Part shown: positions 33,522 to 47,500 of the stretch, piece after piece
Numbering within the stretch: position 1 is the stretch's first letter
How the letters are laid out: each line of letters begins with the position of its first letter
Assembly: GCA_040285825.1 (NCBI GenBank)
Contig: JAUPSS010000007.1
Location: 1,466,624 to 1,530,623, forward strand
DNA: 64,000 nucleotides
Origin: Eukaryota sp. TZLM1-RC
Lineage: Eukaryota > Protista > Metamonada: BaSk clade
Direction: 5' to 3'
Notes under the pieces: model-generated
Told to the model about the DNA's origin: nothing
The model's input: only the letters and a program-made list of their open reading frames with translations
The model's database searches: none
Position numbers and translations under genes: made by a program

Positions 33522-36019
33522 ATGGGCTCAAGCTTGTGTGTGGCTTCACGTACTGATGATGGAGTCTCAGTTTTCAATGATGAAACCGGTCAGGATTGCA
33601 ACATGTGTCCTCAATCTGCATCCTGTCATCAATCAAAATGTCGGAGAAGTACATCGTGTGTTTCTTGTAACCAGCTTCCTCGAGCTGATTCAGAAACTTT
33701 GTGCAAGAACCCACAGTCTTTCCTTGTAAACACCCCTACTATTCCTTCTACATTATGTTCATGCGATGCTCTAAACGGTGCTCTGGCACCAAGAGTTCAG
33801 AAAGTCAAGGTATACTTTTCTAACAATGATCAATCACATGAAGAACACTTTGAGTATCCTCTAGACACCATGCCTACCCATCGCTCTCTTCGCACTCTAC
33901 TTTCCCGTAAACTGAAACAAGTTCCAGATATGTTTGCTGAAGATGGGTGTCAAATCGGCCAAAACTGGCATGTACAACTTCTCCTAGCCCGATACCAACT
34001 CAAACATCTTCCTTGTCGTCAACTTTCCCTTGTTGTCCATGCTCGTCCTTTTGCTGATAACCATCACTTCACTACCCCCGCAATCGCCACTGCTGTTTCT
34101 AGAAAGAAATCAACTAGTGAAGCAGTGAGAAATTGTTTTTACAATGTTCGAAGTCAACTCTGCACTTCTCCATGCGCACTTTTTCTCTTTTATTCAGGGG
34201 TTCATGACACTTCTGAAATTCATTCCACTCTCACCACCCTCTCTCCTTCCACTCAGTTCATAGGTGCTACTACCCATAATTCTGTTCTTACTGAACGAGG
34301 GCTTGAACGTGGAGTATCTTCTGACTCTCCGGTGTTTTCAATGTTGGGTATTCAAGATCGCACCTTGGGAAATTATTTTGCTGAATATGTGGAGTTTACA
34401 GAAGATCCTGATTTGCTATTTGCATCTGTCAAAGATTTATGTCTTGAAATGCAAAAGAAAATTCCCTCACAAACACCATTAATATCTATCTTGACGATTC
34501 CAAATGATGAAACTACTATAATAAACGCAATTGAATCAGTTTATGGACCAAATGTCCAGCTTTTTGGATGTTGTGCTGCTTCTGACCATGCTACTGGTGG
34601 TTTAATGTCAATTGTTTCGTCGAAAAGCACAAGCATAAAGCAAATTGCTTTCCTTTTCATTTACTCCTCATGTCCTGCTGCATGTAAGCTCTCCACTGGA
34701 TTTGCACCTAGTTCAGTTTGTGGTGTGGTTACGAAGGCCAATGGTAAGCGAGAAATTGTAGAGATTGATGGTAAACCAGCTGCCAGTGTCTATGCAACCT
34801 GGGCTCCCAGAACCATTCAACATTTATTAGAACCAGAAGTACAAGAATCAATTCAAAAAGAGCAAATAACAACTTCTATACTAGCTGATACCAGCCTGTT
34901 TCCCTTGGGTGTGCTGGAAGATCAGCTTGGTGAAGATGAGGTGTACAGGATGATCGTGCCTGCTTACCTTACCCCAGAGCTATCATTGGTGGTTTACGCT
35001 GACATCAAGGAAGGTGAAGAGATAACCTTAATGTGCTCAAGTCGGAAACAAATAGTTCGACGGTGTCAATCTATTAGAAGACCTATAGAGAACGAGCTTT
35101 CGTCCATTTATGGTGGATTACTCCAATGGTGTGCTGCTGTTCAAGGAGTTTGTTTTGCTTTTGCTTTTGCTTACTCTAGGCAATGAGTGAGATTGAACTT
35201 GCAACAGATGTTTTCCAATCTTTAAGGTCGATTTATATGGAATCTCCGTTTCTAATGGCTTTTCCCTATGGTGAAATTGGCAAACTTGATGGCTTTGGTA
35301 CGCGTAACAGGCATTTCAACCTAACATTTGGAAGTCTTTCCTTTGGTAACCCATGCCCTGTCAATCAAATCTCTGATAGTGCTTCATCCTCATCGGGAGA
35401 ACTTGCCATGCTGTTCAGCGACATACAAGACTCGACTAGGTTATGGTGTGAATACCCTGATGAAATGTCTATCGTGTCTAAAATGCATGATGAAGTCTGG
35501 TGTAAGGCGTTGAGAGACCCGGCATTTAAAGCTTATGTGGTCAAATCAGAAGGCGACTCCTACTTTATTGTGAGTTCCTGTGTCACTGCTCTCACTAGTC
35601 TAGCATTATACATTCAATTTCAGCTTATGGTTGCAGATTACCCCTCAACAATTCTCAATGATCCTTTACTAAAGCCAATTACTGATGATAAAGGAGCTAT
35701 AATATTTAGAGGGGTCCGTCTGCGGTTTGGTCTGGATGTAGGCACTTGTACTTCTGTCCGATGTAACACAGTTGATCCGAATAGACTTGATTTCTTTGGT
35801 CCTTGCGTAAACAAAACTAGCAGAATTACTTCAATGGCAACTGGGGGGCAAGTATTGGTAGGAAAAAATGCTTACGATAGACTTTGTGATTTTGATTTTT
35901 GTATTTTTGGAGGAGGAAGATTTATTAATAGAGGGCATGTTAAACTGAAAGGTATTAAAGAGTCTGAGCCGATATGGGAGTTGCAATTATCTAGGTTTAA
36001 AAGGCGAACCTATATTTAG
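33522..36019 (+). CDS. FIST (N and C) sensor fused to a class III adenylyl cyclase, about 820 aa; exons 33522-35147 and 35180-36019
   Basis: FIGATT, FGCCAASD, VEIDGKPAASVY, PYGEIG, HFNLTF FIST motifs; LFSDIQDST, VKSEGD, DFFGPCVNKTSRI cyclase motifs; a 32-nt intron (35148-35179) joins the two ORFs in frame. Confidence 0.85.
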
Positions 36020-36699
36020 GTTTTATTTTTTTTATTTATAAATTGTACATGATTTCTGTTGCTATATTGATGAGGAAAATACAATGCATCCTTGTAATCA
36101 GTGGTACTTAATAACGCATTATCATTATTTGTCTGTCTACATACTAATTTGCAAAAATTCTTATTATTTTCTATACAGCAATTTTTAAGCAAATTATTTT
36201 TGATAATTGTTCATGAGACCATTGGCTTGATGTTTAGCTATTTTGAGGAGTTAAAACATTCCGCTATCCACCTCTCCATTCTTAAGAAACTATTCTCTCA
36301 GGTTCCTTTGAGTTGAGAAATGAATGGTACCATTTGTTAAACAACAAACCATCAATTACATGTTCATTGTAGTTGAACTAATTGTGTCTCTCTCATATCT
36401 CCTCCTCCTTTTCATCTTGGTGTTTTCCGTTGCAAATTCTGCTTCACCATTTTTGAAAACAACGAAAATCCAAATTGCTTAGATCAACCCACTTAATTGA
36501 GATTCTATCAGATGGAATGTTTTCTTGTGCTTCCCCTTTATTATTGACAAATCAACATTATGTCAAAACGCAACAGGGAAATGATGAGAAAATTCTTATG
36601 GTGTAGAGAAAAAGTGATTTGAACTAGAACATCGAACTTTGTGTTCTGTCATTGTGTTTAATAAAAATTTTAATTAATTTTTTTCTTGATTACCATACA

Positions 36700-36960
36700 A
36701 AGGTTGCATATTGTTTGTACTAGTCACAGACATTTTATGAAAAATATCGTCTTTTGCTTCAGGATCTAAGATATTCAGTGTTAGGGTACTCAACTGACCC
36801 CAAACAAAAAACTTCACCTTTATTGTCAATGGCAGCATAAATACCATTATGCCCATCTATAAAAACAATATTGGTCAATTCCTCTGTTTCTAATGGATGT
36901 GTTATAAAAATAGAAATGATTTCCCATTTATATTTCCCAAACATCGCCATAGGCATGAAT
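36700..36960 (-). pseudogene. Relic of the RCC1-repeat gene family
   Basis: NIVFIDGHNGIYAAIDNKGEVFCLG matches NIVSISGSNGVFAAID..GKVFVWG in the paralogues at 54073 and 59432. Confidence 0.6.
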
Positions 36961-37744
36961 AACAAATAAATATTCACGTTAACTAAAATCTTGAAAATAA
37001 AATCTATCAGCCCTTTTGCTTTTCGGTGAATCTTCCACATTAAAAATACACACGATTGATTCTATTTATCAGTTGCTTGCTTATTAATTTTTGTTTACTT
37101 GATTTGTGTGCTTACAGATGTTGTCTTGAAATGAAATTTAATGAATTAATTATTTAATAATAAAACAATAGTTTTGTGGTTTGTTAGTTGCTCGATTGTG
37201 AAACTGTTTTGTTACTAAAAGATAAGAAGTACCACTTCCTTGATGGTGGTCGGACACAGTTTCATTACCAGGTTAATGAAAACCAAGTTTTCTTGATAAC
37301 CAATCGACCAATCGTAAGAAGTAAGTATATTTGAAATTCAATGAAGCACACTACAGCCCTTAAATTGCAAAGAATGGTAGAGTATAGTACTAAATGACTG
37401 GTTTCAATAATGAAATCATAATGATAATGGAGTTGTGAAAAAAAACTTTTTTCTTTCAATCTCTATGAAAATATCCCCGCAAACAGAAACATCATATTGA
37501 GACCCATGAGAAAGCAAACATCGAATTCCTCTTCATCAGCCCCTTGAAAATAGAAAACACAATCTCGAGATCTCAAAATGTGTACTAGTATAGTTTTTAA
37601 AATGATATGAATGATCCTGACCCCATTGAATAGCTTATTTTGCAAACTTTTTAATTGACCTCTAGGATAGTAGCTCAAGTTGTCATATTTCCCAGATTCC
37701 AAATGTATATGGTCTATTATTAAATGATCATCAATAGACAACTG

Positions 37745-38500
37745 TATTCAGGATGAGGAGTTTTCTGTGACCATGTAGTGTGCCAAATGATTTGATTTGT
37801 CGTTGTGGTCAGCTCATTAATCTGAATCATTCATTTAATTGCAAATTTAATAAAACATATCGCTCAGTTGTTCACGATGCTGTTAGAAACCAACTATACG
37901 CTATGTGCAAAAGTCATCACAGTGAAGCTTTTGTTGAACCACTTGTGCGAAGGTTGTCATCTGAAAATGAAGATGAAAATACTTTTGGGAAACGCCGTGC
38001 TGATTTAATTACCCCTGCGTCTGATGGTGTTATTAAAGTTGTTGATGTTGTCACTGTTGATGTTTGTAAAAACTCAGCAATTGATTTTGCTAAAGGAGAT
38101 GAAACTCTACTTTGCATTGCTGAAAAGAGCAAAATCAAAAAGTACAATGAACCCTTATCTCAGCTAGGGCGTGTTGAGCATGTCAAGTATCAGTTGGTTC
38201 CATTTGCTGTTTCTCTTTTTGGTAACATTGGAATATCTGGAAATTTCTTGAAGGTTTCAGAAGTTTAATGAAAGGAAAGAGCAGGGAAAGAATCGACTAA
38301 ATTTCTAAATTTCTGGCACAATAGAATTGTTTTCAGTATTCTTAAAGCAATTCCAGAAATGTTGACCAAAGCACTGTTACAATTAGGAATAGAGTATGAA
38401 AATCGCGCGCTAAAAAGATTTGATGATGTTGATGCGTGTATTGAGGATATTGAGTTCTAGTTTTTTGTTTAATGTTTTCTTAGCGTTGAAAATCAATTTC
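37745..38500 (+). mobile_element. 5'-truncated RT-REL non-LTR retrotransposon (family C-related)
   Basis: CRC...HSFNC, VHDAVRN, RRADL...VVDVVTVD...KIKKY, PFAVSLFG; ends attgagttctag like the copy ending near 57450. Confidence 0.88.
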
Positions 38501-41500
38501 AATTTAGAAAATAGCTTAAAATAGATTTAATAGCTTGACGGTATTTAGTCAAAGAAAACAAACACTACAAGGAACTGATGCTGATAAAAGTAATTGGTAT
38601 AGTTTTTAACATAGTTGTTTATCTTCTTTTGATTATTTGAATACAATTTTTTATTTATCGAATGAGCAAGAAACTATTATCAAGGACTACCACTTGCAAA
38701 AGTCTGTTCCTACAGGAACTGATTACTATGCGTAGCGAGTACCAACAGCAATGTCAAGAAGTTAATCAGCTCCCATTTTACACAAAATTTGCAGAGTCCG
38801 TTGCTCTTGCTTTTGTGGAAAACACAAGTCAAGAAATTGCACAAACAATCAAAGGCAATGAAAAAATTGGGGCAGATGGTTCTGAAATAAATCAGAATTC
38901 ATTCATAGATTTTTGTCTAGTAAAACCGAATTTGAGTGTCTTTTATAAGGCTGTTCATGCTAGCGACGAAGGATAAAATGATGACAAAATTATTCAATGA
39001 TGTTATTCAACAAATCGCCCCTACATATATTAATTTCGTTATAACTGATGGAGCTTCTAAAAATTTAAATGCTGCCATCAATCAAGCAAAGAAACCACCA
39101 TATTCGGTTTTCATTGTATTCAGAAAAAACTAATCATTACACTAATTCCCTGGCTTAAAGCAGCACCTATAAAAAGACAAAACACTTACCATTGTTGTGT
39201 AATTCAAGTTGTTACTCCAAATGAAGATAATGGTATGAAGATGTTGCAGAGTGGGAGAGGTATGGATTGGTTGTGCTATTCACACATTAAATTCTTTTTT
39301 AATTCTTTTTATTCTTTTTATTTTTTTTATTCTTTTTATTCTTTTTTCAAAGATAAATGTGCTGCTAATACCAAACAGAAACTTCAATCACTTGAAATGT
39401 TGTTTTAAAAGGCTGCCTTGGTGGTCATTTTCGTGTTAAATAAACCTTTTATTAAGAAGCTGATGAAAAAGAATTGGAGCTCTGAAAAAAAGCAGAAAAA
39501 CAATTTCACTTACAACATTTTTATACACTTTTTTTAATTTTTTTAATTTTTTCCATCAACAACACGTTGACCAAATCTGAGTATAGTAATTAGAATGAAT
39601 GAGTGGACAACGTAAAAAAAGTCGGCTAAAAGTAAATCGATGATGCGTACTTTTTTGTAGACTTTTTGAACTTTTCGCTCATTTTAACCTGGTATTCTCC
39701 CATTAATTCTACCATGAAAGAAGACAGGTGGGATGTTACTTTGTCTTCTGACACATGGCGAATTAACTATGCCTGAGAAGAAACTCGGTAACAATTGAAA
39801 ACCAATAGACTATTGCACTATTATATTATACAATTTTTGTTGTTTTTGTTTGATTCTTTTGTTTCATCAGATGAATTAAATTTACCCGAGTCAATTGGAA
39901 CCTTTTGAACTATTTTGTAGACTTTTTGAGGCCACTCATCATTTTGATGCTGATGCTGGACAGTTTGACGCCAATTATGGGAAAGCTATATCGTCATTTG
40001 GAAATTGAATGTCACCGAATTGGCAGTCAAGAATTGTCAATTATATCAATTGAAGAAAAGAACAGATTGATACAGAGGTTCAAGTTCAGAATCGATCAAC
40101 TTATCAGTGATTCTCACAAAGCTGCTTTCTGTTTAAATCCAGAATTCAGAGATATTGTAACCAAGGCTCAATAGTTTGTATAAATTGTTCGAAGAACAGC
40201 ATGGCATAAATAGAAAAATCCGACCAGTGGTCTGAAAAAAAGTAATAGGGATGGGGCACTTTGAACAGACAGAAGTTTTTCTTACTGCGAATGCCAAGCC
40301 ATGTTTGGTGGTTGGTGGTGTAAGTACAGGAGTCAAACAGACTTGGCTAAGTTAGCAATAAAGCTTCTTAGTGAGTGGTTCCATTTGCTGTTTCTCTTTT
40401 TGGTAACATTGGAATATCTGGAAATTTCTTGAAGGTTTCAGAAGTTTAATGAAAGGAAAGAGCAGGGAAAGAATCGACTAAATTTCTAAATTTCTGGCAC
40501 AATAGAATTGTTTTCAGTATTCTTAAAGCAATTCCAGAAATGTTGACCAAAGCACTGTTACAATTAGGAATAGAGTATGAAAATCGGGCGCTAAAAAGAT
40601 TTGATGATGTTGATGCGTGTATTGAGGATATTGAGTTCTAGTTTTTTGTTTAATGTTTTCTTAGCGTTGAAAATCAATTTCAATTTAGAAAATAGCTTAA
40701 AATAGATTTAATAGCTTGACGGTATTTAGTCAGAGAAAACAAACACTACAAGGAACTGATGCTGATAAAAGTAATTGGTATAGTTTTTAACATAGTTGTT
40801 TATCTTCTTTTGATTATTTGAATACAATTTTTTATTTATCGAATGAGCAAGAAACTATTATCAAGGACTACCACTTGCAAAAGTCTGTTCCTACAGGAAC
40901 TGATTACTATGCGTAGCGAGTACCAACAGCAATGTCAAGAAGTTAATCAGCTCCCATTTTACACAAAATTTGCAGAGTCCGTTGCTCTTGCTTTTGTGGA
41001 AAACACAAGTCAAGAAATTGCACAAACAATCAAAGACAATGAAAAAATTGGGGCAGATGGTTCTGAAATAAATCAGAATTCATTCATAGATTTTTGTCTA
41101 GTAAAACCGAATTTGAGTGTCTTTTATAAGGCTGTTCATGCTAGCGACGAAGGATAAAATGATGACAAAATTATTCAATGATGTTATTCAACAAATCGCC
41201 CCTACATATATTAATTTCGTTATAACTGATGGAGCTTCTAAAAAATTTAAATGCTGCCATCAATCAAGCAAAGAAACCACCATATTCGGTTTTCATATAG
41301 TATTCTATATATTCAGAAAAAAACTAATCATTACACTAATTCCCTGGCTTAAAGCAGCACCTATAAAAAAAGACAAAAACACTTACCATTGTTGTGTAAT
41401 TCAAGTTGTTACTCCAAAATGAAGATAATGGTATGAAGATGTTGCAGAGTGGGAGGTATGGATTCGTTGTGCTATTCACACATTAAATTCTTTTTTTAAT

Positions 41501-44500
41501 TCTTTTTTTATTCTTTTTTTATTTTTTTATTCTTTTTTTATTCTTTTTTTCAAAGATAAATGTGCTGCTAATACCAAACAGAAACTTCAATCACTTGAAA
41601 TGTTGTTTTTAAAAAGGCTGCCTTGGTGGTCATTTTCGTGTTAAATAAACCTTTTATTAAGAAGCTGATGAAAAAGAATTGGAGCTCTGAAAAAAAGCAG
41701 AAAACAATTTCACTTACAACATTTTATACACTTTTTTTTTATTTTTATTTTTTTTTAATTTTGATTGTATACCATCAACAACACGTTGACCAAATCTGAG
41801 TATAGTAATTAGAATGAATGAGTGGACAACGTAAAAAGTCGGCTAAAGTAAATCGATGATGCGTACTTTTTTGTAGACTTTTTGAACTTTTCGCTCATTT
41901 TAACCTGGTATTCTCCCATTAATTCTACCATGAAAGAAGACAGGTGGGATGTTACTTTGTCTTCTGACACATGGCGAATTAACTATGCCTGAGAAGAAAC
42001 TCGGTAACAATTGAAAACCAATAGACTATTGCACTATTATATTATACAATTTTTGTTGTTTTTGTTTGATTCTTTTGTTTCATCAGATGAATTAAATTTA
42101 CCCGAGTCAATTGGAACCTTTTGAACTATTTTGTAGACTTTTTGAGGCCACTCATCATTTTGATGCTGATGCTGGACAGTTTGACGCCAATTATGGGAAA
42201 GCTATATCGTCATTTGGAAATTGAATGTCACCGAATTGGCAGTCAAGAATTGTCAATTATATCAATTGAAGAAAAGAACAGATTGATACAGAGGTTCAAG
42301 TTCAGAATCGATCAACTTATCAGTGATTCTCACAAAGCTGCTTTCTGTTTAAATCCAGAATTCAGAGATATTGTAACCAAGGCTCAATAGTTTGTATAAA
42401 TTGTTCGAAGAACAGCATGGCATAAATAGAAAAATCCGACCAGTGGTCTGAAAAAAAGTAATAGGGATGGGGCACTTTGAACAGACAGAAGTTTTTCTTA
42501 TTGCGAATGCCAAGCCATGTTTGGTGGTTGGTGGTGTAAGTACAGGAGTCAAACAGACTTGGCTAAGTTAGCAATAAAGCTTCTTAGTGAGTGGTTCCAT
42601 TTGCTGTTTCTCTTTTTGGTAACATTGGAATATCTGGAAATTTCTTGAAGGTTTCAGAAGTTTAATGAAAGGAAAGAGCAGGGAAAGAATCGACTAAATT
42701 TCTAAATTTCTGGCACAATAGAATTGTTTTCAGTATTCTTAAAGCAATTCCAGAAATGTTGACCAAAGCACTGTTACAATTAGGAATAGAGTATGAAAAT
42801 CGGGCGCTAAAAAGATTTGATGATGTTGATGCGTGTATTGAGGATATTGAGTTCTAGTTTTTTGTTTAATGTTTTCTTAGCGTTGAAAATCAATTTCAAT
42901 TTAGAAAATAACTTAAAATAGATTTAATAGCTTGACGGTATTTAGTCAGAGAAAACAAACACTACAAGGAACTGATGCTGATAAAAGTAATTGGTATAGT
43001 TTTTAACATAGTTGTTTATCTTCTTTTGATTATTTGAATACAATTTTTTATTTATCGAATGAGCAAGAAACTATTATCAAGGACTACCACTTACAAAAGT
43101 CTGTTCCTACAGGAACTGATTACTATGCGTAGCGAGTACCAACAGCAATGTCAAGAAGTTAATCAGCTCCCATTTTACACAAAATTTGCAGAGTCCGTTG
43201 CTCTTGCTTTTGTGGAAAACACAAGTCAAGAAATTGCACAAACAATCAAAGACAATGAAAAAATTGGGGCAGATGGTTATGAAATAAATCAGAATTCATT
43301 CATAAATTTTTGTCTAGTAAAACCGAATTTGAGTGTCTTTTATAAGGCTGTTCATGCTAGCGACGAAGAATAAAATGATGACAAAATTATTCATTGATGT
43401 TATTCAACAAATCGCCCCTACATATATTAATTTCGTTATAACTGATGGAGCTTCTAAAAATTTAAATGCTGCCATCAATCAAGCAAAGAAACCACCATAT
43501 TCGGTTTTCATATATTATTCTATATATTATATTCAGAAAAAACTAATCATTACACTAATTCCCTGGCTTAAAGCAGCACCTATAAAAAGACAAAACACTT
43601 ACCATTGTTGTGTAATTCAAGTTGTTACTCCAAATGAAGATAATGGTATGAAGATGTTGCAGAGTGGGAGTATGGATTCGCTGTGCTATTCACACATTAA
43701 ATTCTTTTTTCAAAGATAAATGTGCTGCTAATACCAAACAGAAACTTCAATCACTTGAAATGTTGTTTTAAAATGCTGCCTTGGTGGTCATTTTCGTGTT
43801 AAATAAACCTTTTATTAAGAAGCTGAGGAAAAGAATTAGAGCTCTGAAAAAGCAGAAAACAATTTCACTTACAACATTTTATACACTTTTTTTAATTTTT
43901 GTTTATTTTTTTACCATCAACAACACGTTGACCAAATCTGAGTATAGTAATTAGAATGAATGAGTGGACAACGTCAAAAGTCGGCTAAAGTAAATCGATG
44001 ATGCGTACTTTTTTGTAGACTTTTTGAACTTTTCGCTCATTTTAACCTGGTATTCTCCCATTAATTCTACCATGAAAGAAGACAGGTGGGATCTTACTTT
44101 GTCTTCTGACACATGGCGAATTAACTATGCCTGAGAAGAAACTCGGTAACAATTGAAAACCAATAGACTATTGCACTATTATATTATACAATTTTTGTTG
44201 TTTTTGTTTGATTCTTTTGTTTCATCAGATGAATTAAATTTACCCGAGTCAATTGGAACCTTTTGAACTATTTTGTAGACTTTTTGAGGCCACTCATCAT
44301 TTTGATGCTGATGCTGGACAGTTTGACGCCAATTATGGGAAAGCTATATCGTCATTTGGAAATTGAATGTCACCGAATTGGCAGTCAAGAATTGTCAATT
44401 ATATCAATTGAAGAAAAGAACAGATTGATACAGAGGTTCAAGTTCAGAATCGATCAACTTATCAGTGATTCTCACAAAGCTGCTTTCTGTTTAAATCCAG

Positions 44501-47500
44501 AATTCAGAGATATTGTAACCAAGGCTCAATAGTTTGTATAAATTGTTCGAAGAACAGCATGGCATAAATAGAAAATCCGACCAGTGGTCTGAAAAAGTAA
44601 TAGGGATGGGGCACTTTGAACAGACAGAAGTTTTTCTTACTGCGAATGCCAAGCCATGTTTGGTGGTTGGTGGTGTAAGTACAGGAGTCAAACAGACTTG
44701 GCTAAGTTAGCAATAAAGCTTCTTAGTGAGTGGTTCCATTTGCTGTTTCTCTTTTTGGTAACATTGGAATATCTGGAAATTTCTTGAAGGTTTCAGAAGT
44801 TTAATGAAAGGAAAGAGCAGGGAAAGAATCGACTAAATTTCTAAATTTCTGGCACAATAGAATTGTTTTCAGTATTCTTAAAGCAATTCCAGAAATGTTG
44901 ACCAAAGCACTGTTACAATTAGGAATAGAGTATGAAAATCGGGCGCTAAAAAGATTTGATGATGTTGATGCGTGTATTGAGGATATTGAGTTCTAGTTTT
45001 TTGTTTAATGTTTTCTTAGCGTTGAAAATCAATTTCAATTTAGAAAATAGCTTAAAATAGATTTAATAGCTTGACGGTATTTAGTCAGAGAAAACAAACA
45101 CTACAAGGAACTGATGCTGATAAAAGTAATTGGTATAGTTTTTAACATAGTTGTTTATCTTCTTTTGATTATTTGAATACAATTTTTTATTTATCGAATG
45201 AGCAAGAAACTATTATCAAGGACTACCACTTGCAAAAGTCTGTTCCTACAGGAACTGATTACTATGCGTAGCGAGTACCAACAGCAATGTCAAGAAGTTA
45301 ATCAGCTCCCATTTTACACAAAATTTGCAGAGTCCGTTGCTCTTGCTTGTGGAAAACACAAGTCAAGAAATTGCACAAACAATCAAAGACAATGAAAAAA
45401 TTGGGGCAGATGGTTCTGAAATAAATCAGAATTCATTCATAGATTTTTGTCTAGTAAAACCGAATTTGAGTGTCTTTTATAAGGCTGTTCATGCTAGCGA
45501 CGAAGGATAAAATGATGACAAAATTATTCAATGATGTTATTCAACAAATCGCCCCTACATATATTAATTTCGTTATAACTGATGGAGCTTCTAAAAATTT
45601 AAATGCTGCCATCAATCAAGCAAAGAAACCACCATATTCGGTTTTCATTGTATTCAGAAAAAACTTATCATTACACTAATTCCCTGGCTTAAAGCAGCAC
45701 CTATAAAAAGACAAAACACTTACCATTGTTGTGTAATTCAAGTTGTTACTCCAAATGAAGATAATGGTATGAAGATGTTGCAGAGTGGGAGAGGTATGGA
45801 TTGGTTGTGCTATTCACACATTAAATTCTTTTTTAATTCTTTTTATTCTTTTTATTTTTTTTATTCTTTTTATTCTTTTTTCAAAGATAAATGTGCTGCT
45901 AATACCAAACAGAAACTTCAATCACTTGAAATGTTGTTTTAAAAGGCTGCCTTGGTGGTCATTTTCGTGTTAAATAAACCTTTTATTAAGAAGCTGATGA
46001 AAAGAATTGGAGCTCTGAAAAAGCAGAAAACAATTTCACTTACAACATTTTATACACTTTTTTTAATTTTTTTAATTTTTTTTCCATCAACAACACGTTG
46101 ACCAAATCTGAGTATAGTAATTAGAATGAATGAGTGGACAACGTAAAAAGTCGGCTAAAGTAAATCGATGATGCGTACTTTTTTGTAGACTTTTTGAACT
46201 TTTCGCTCATTTTAACCTGGTATTCTCCCATTAATTCTACCATGAAAGAAGACAGGTGGGATGTTACTTTGTCTTCTGACACATGGCGAATTAACTATGC
46301 CTGAGAAGAAACTCGGTAACAATTGAAAACCAATAGACTATTGCACTATTATATTATACAATTTTTGTTGTTTTTGTTTGATTCTTTTGTTTCATCAGAT
46401 GAATTAAATTTACCCGAGTCAATTGGAACCTTTTTGAACTATTTTTGTAGACTTTTTGAGGCCACTCATCATTTTGATGCTGATGCTGGACAGTTTGACG
46501 CCAATTATGGGAAAAGCTATATCGTCATTTGGAAATTGAATGTCACCGAATTGGCAGTCAAGAATTGTCAATTATATCAATTGAAGAAAAGAACAGATTG
46601 ATACAGAGGTTCAAGTTCAGAATCGATCAACTTATCAGTGATTCTCACAAAGCTGCTTTCTGTTTAAATCCAGAATTCAGAGATATTGTAACCAAGGCTC
46701 AATAGTTTGTATAAATTGTTCGAAGAACAGCATGGCATAAATAGAAAAATCCGACCAGTGGTCTGAAAAAAAGTAATAGGGATGGGGCACTTTGAACAGA
46801 CAGAAGTTTTTTTCTTATTGCGAATGCCAAGCCATGTTTGGTGGTTGGTGGTGTAAGTACAGGAGTCAAACAGACTTGGCTAAGTTAGCAATAAAGCTTC
46901 TTAGTGAGTGGTTCCATTTGCTGTTTCTCTTTTTGGTAACATTGGAATATCTGGAAATTTCTTGAAGGTTTCAGAAGTTTAATGAAAGGAAAGAGCAGGG
47001 AAAAGAATCGACTAAATTTCTAAATTTCTGGCACAATAGAATTGTTTTCAGTATTCTTAAAAGCAATTCCAGAAATGTTGACCAAAAGCACTGTTACAAT
47101 TAGGAATAGAGTATGAAAAATCGGGCGCTAAAAAAAGATTTGATGATGTTGATGCGTGTATTGAGGATATTGAGTTCTAGTTTTTTGTTTAATGTTTTCT
47201 TAGCGTTGAAAATCAATTTCAATTTAGAAAATAGCTTAAAATAGATTTAATAGCTTGACGGTATTTAGTCAGAGAAAACAAACACTACAAGGAACTGATG
47301 CTGATAAAAAGTAATTGGTATAGTTTTTTTAACATAGTTGTTTATCTTCTTTTGATTATTTGAATACAATTTTTTATTTATCGAATGAGCAAGAAACTAT
47401 TATCAAGGACTACCACTTACAAAAGTCTGTTCCTACAGGAACTGATTACTATGCGTAGCGAGTACCAACAGCAATGTCAAGAAGTTAATCAGCTCCCATT

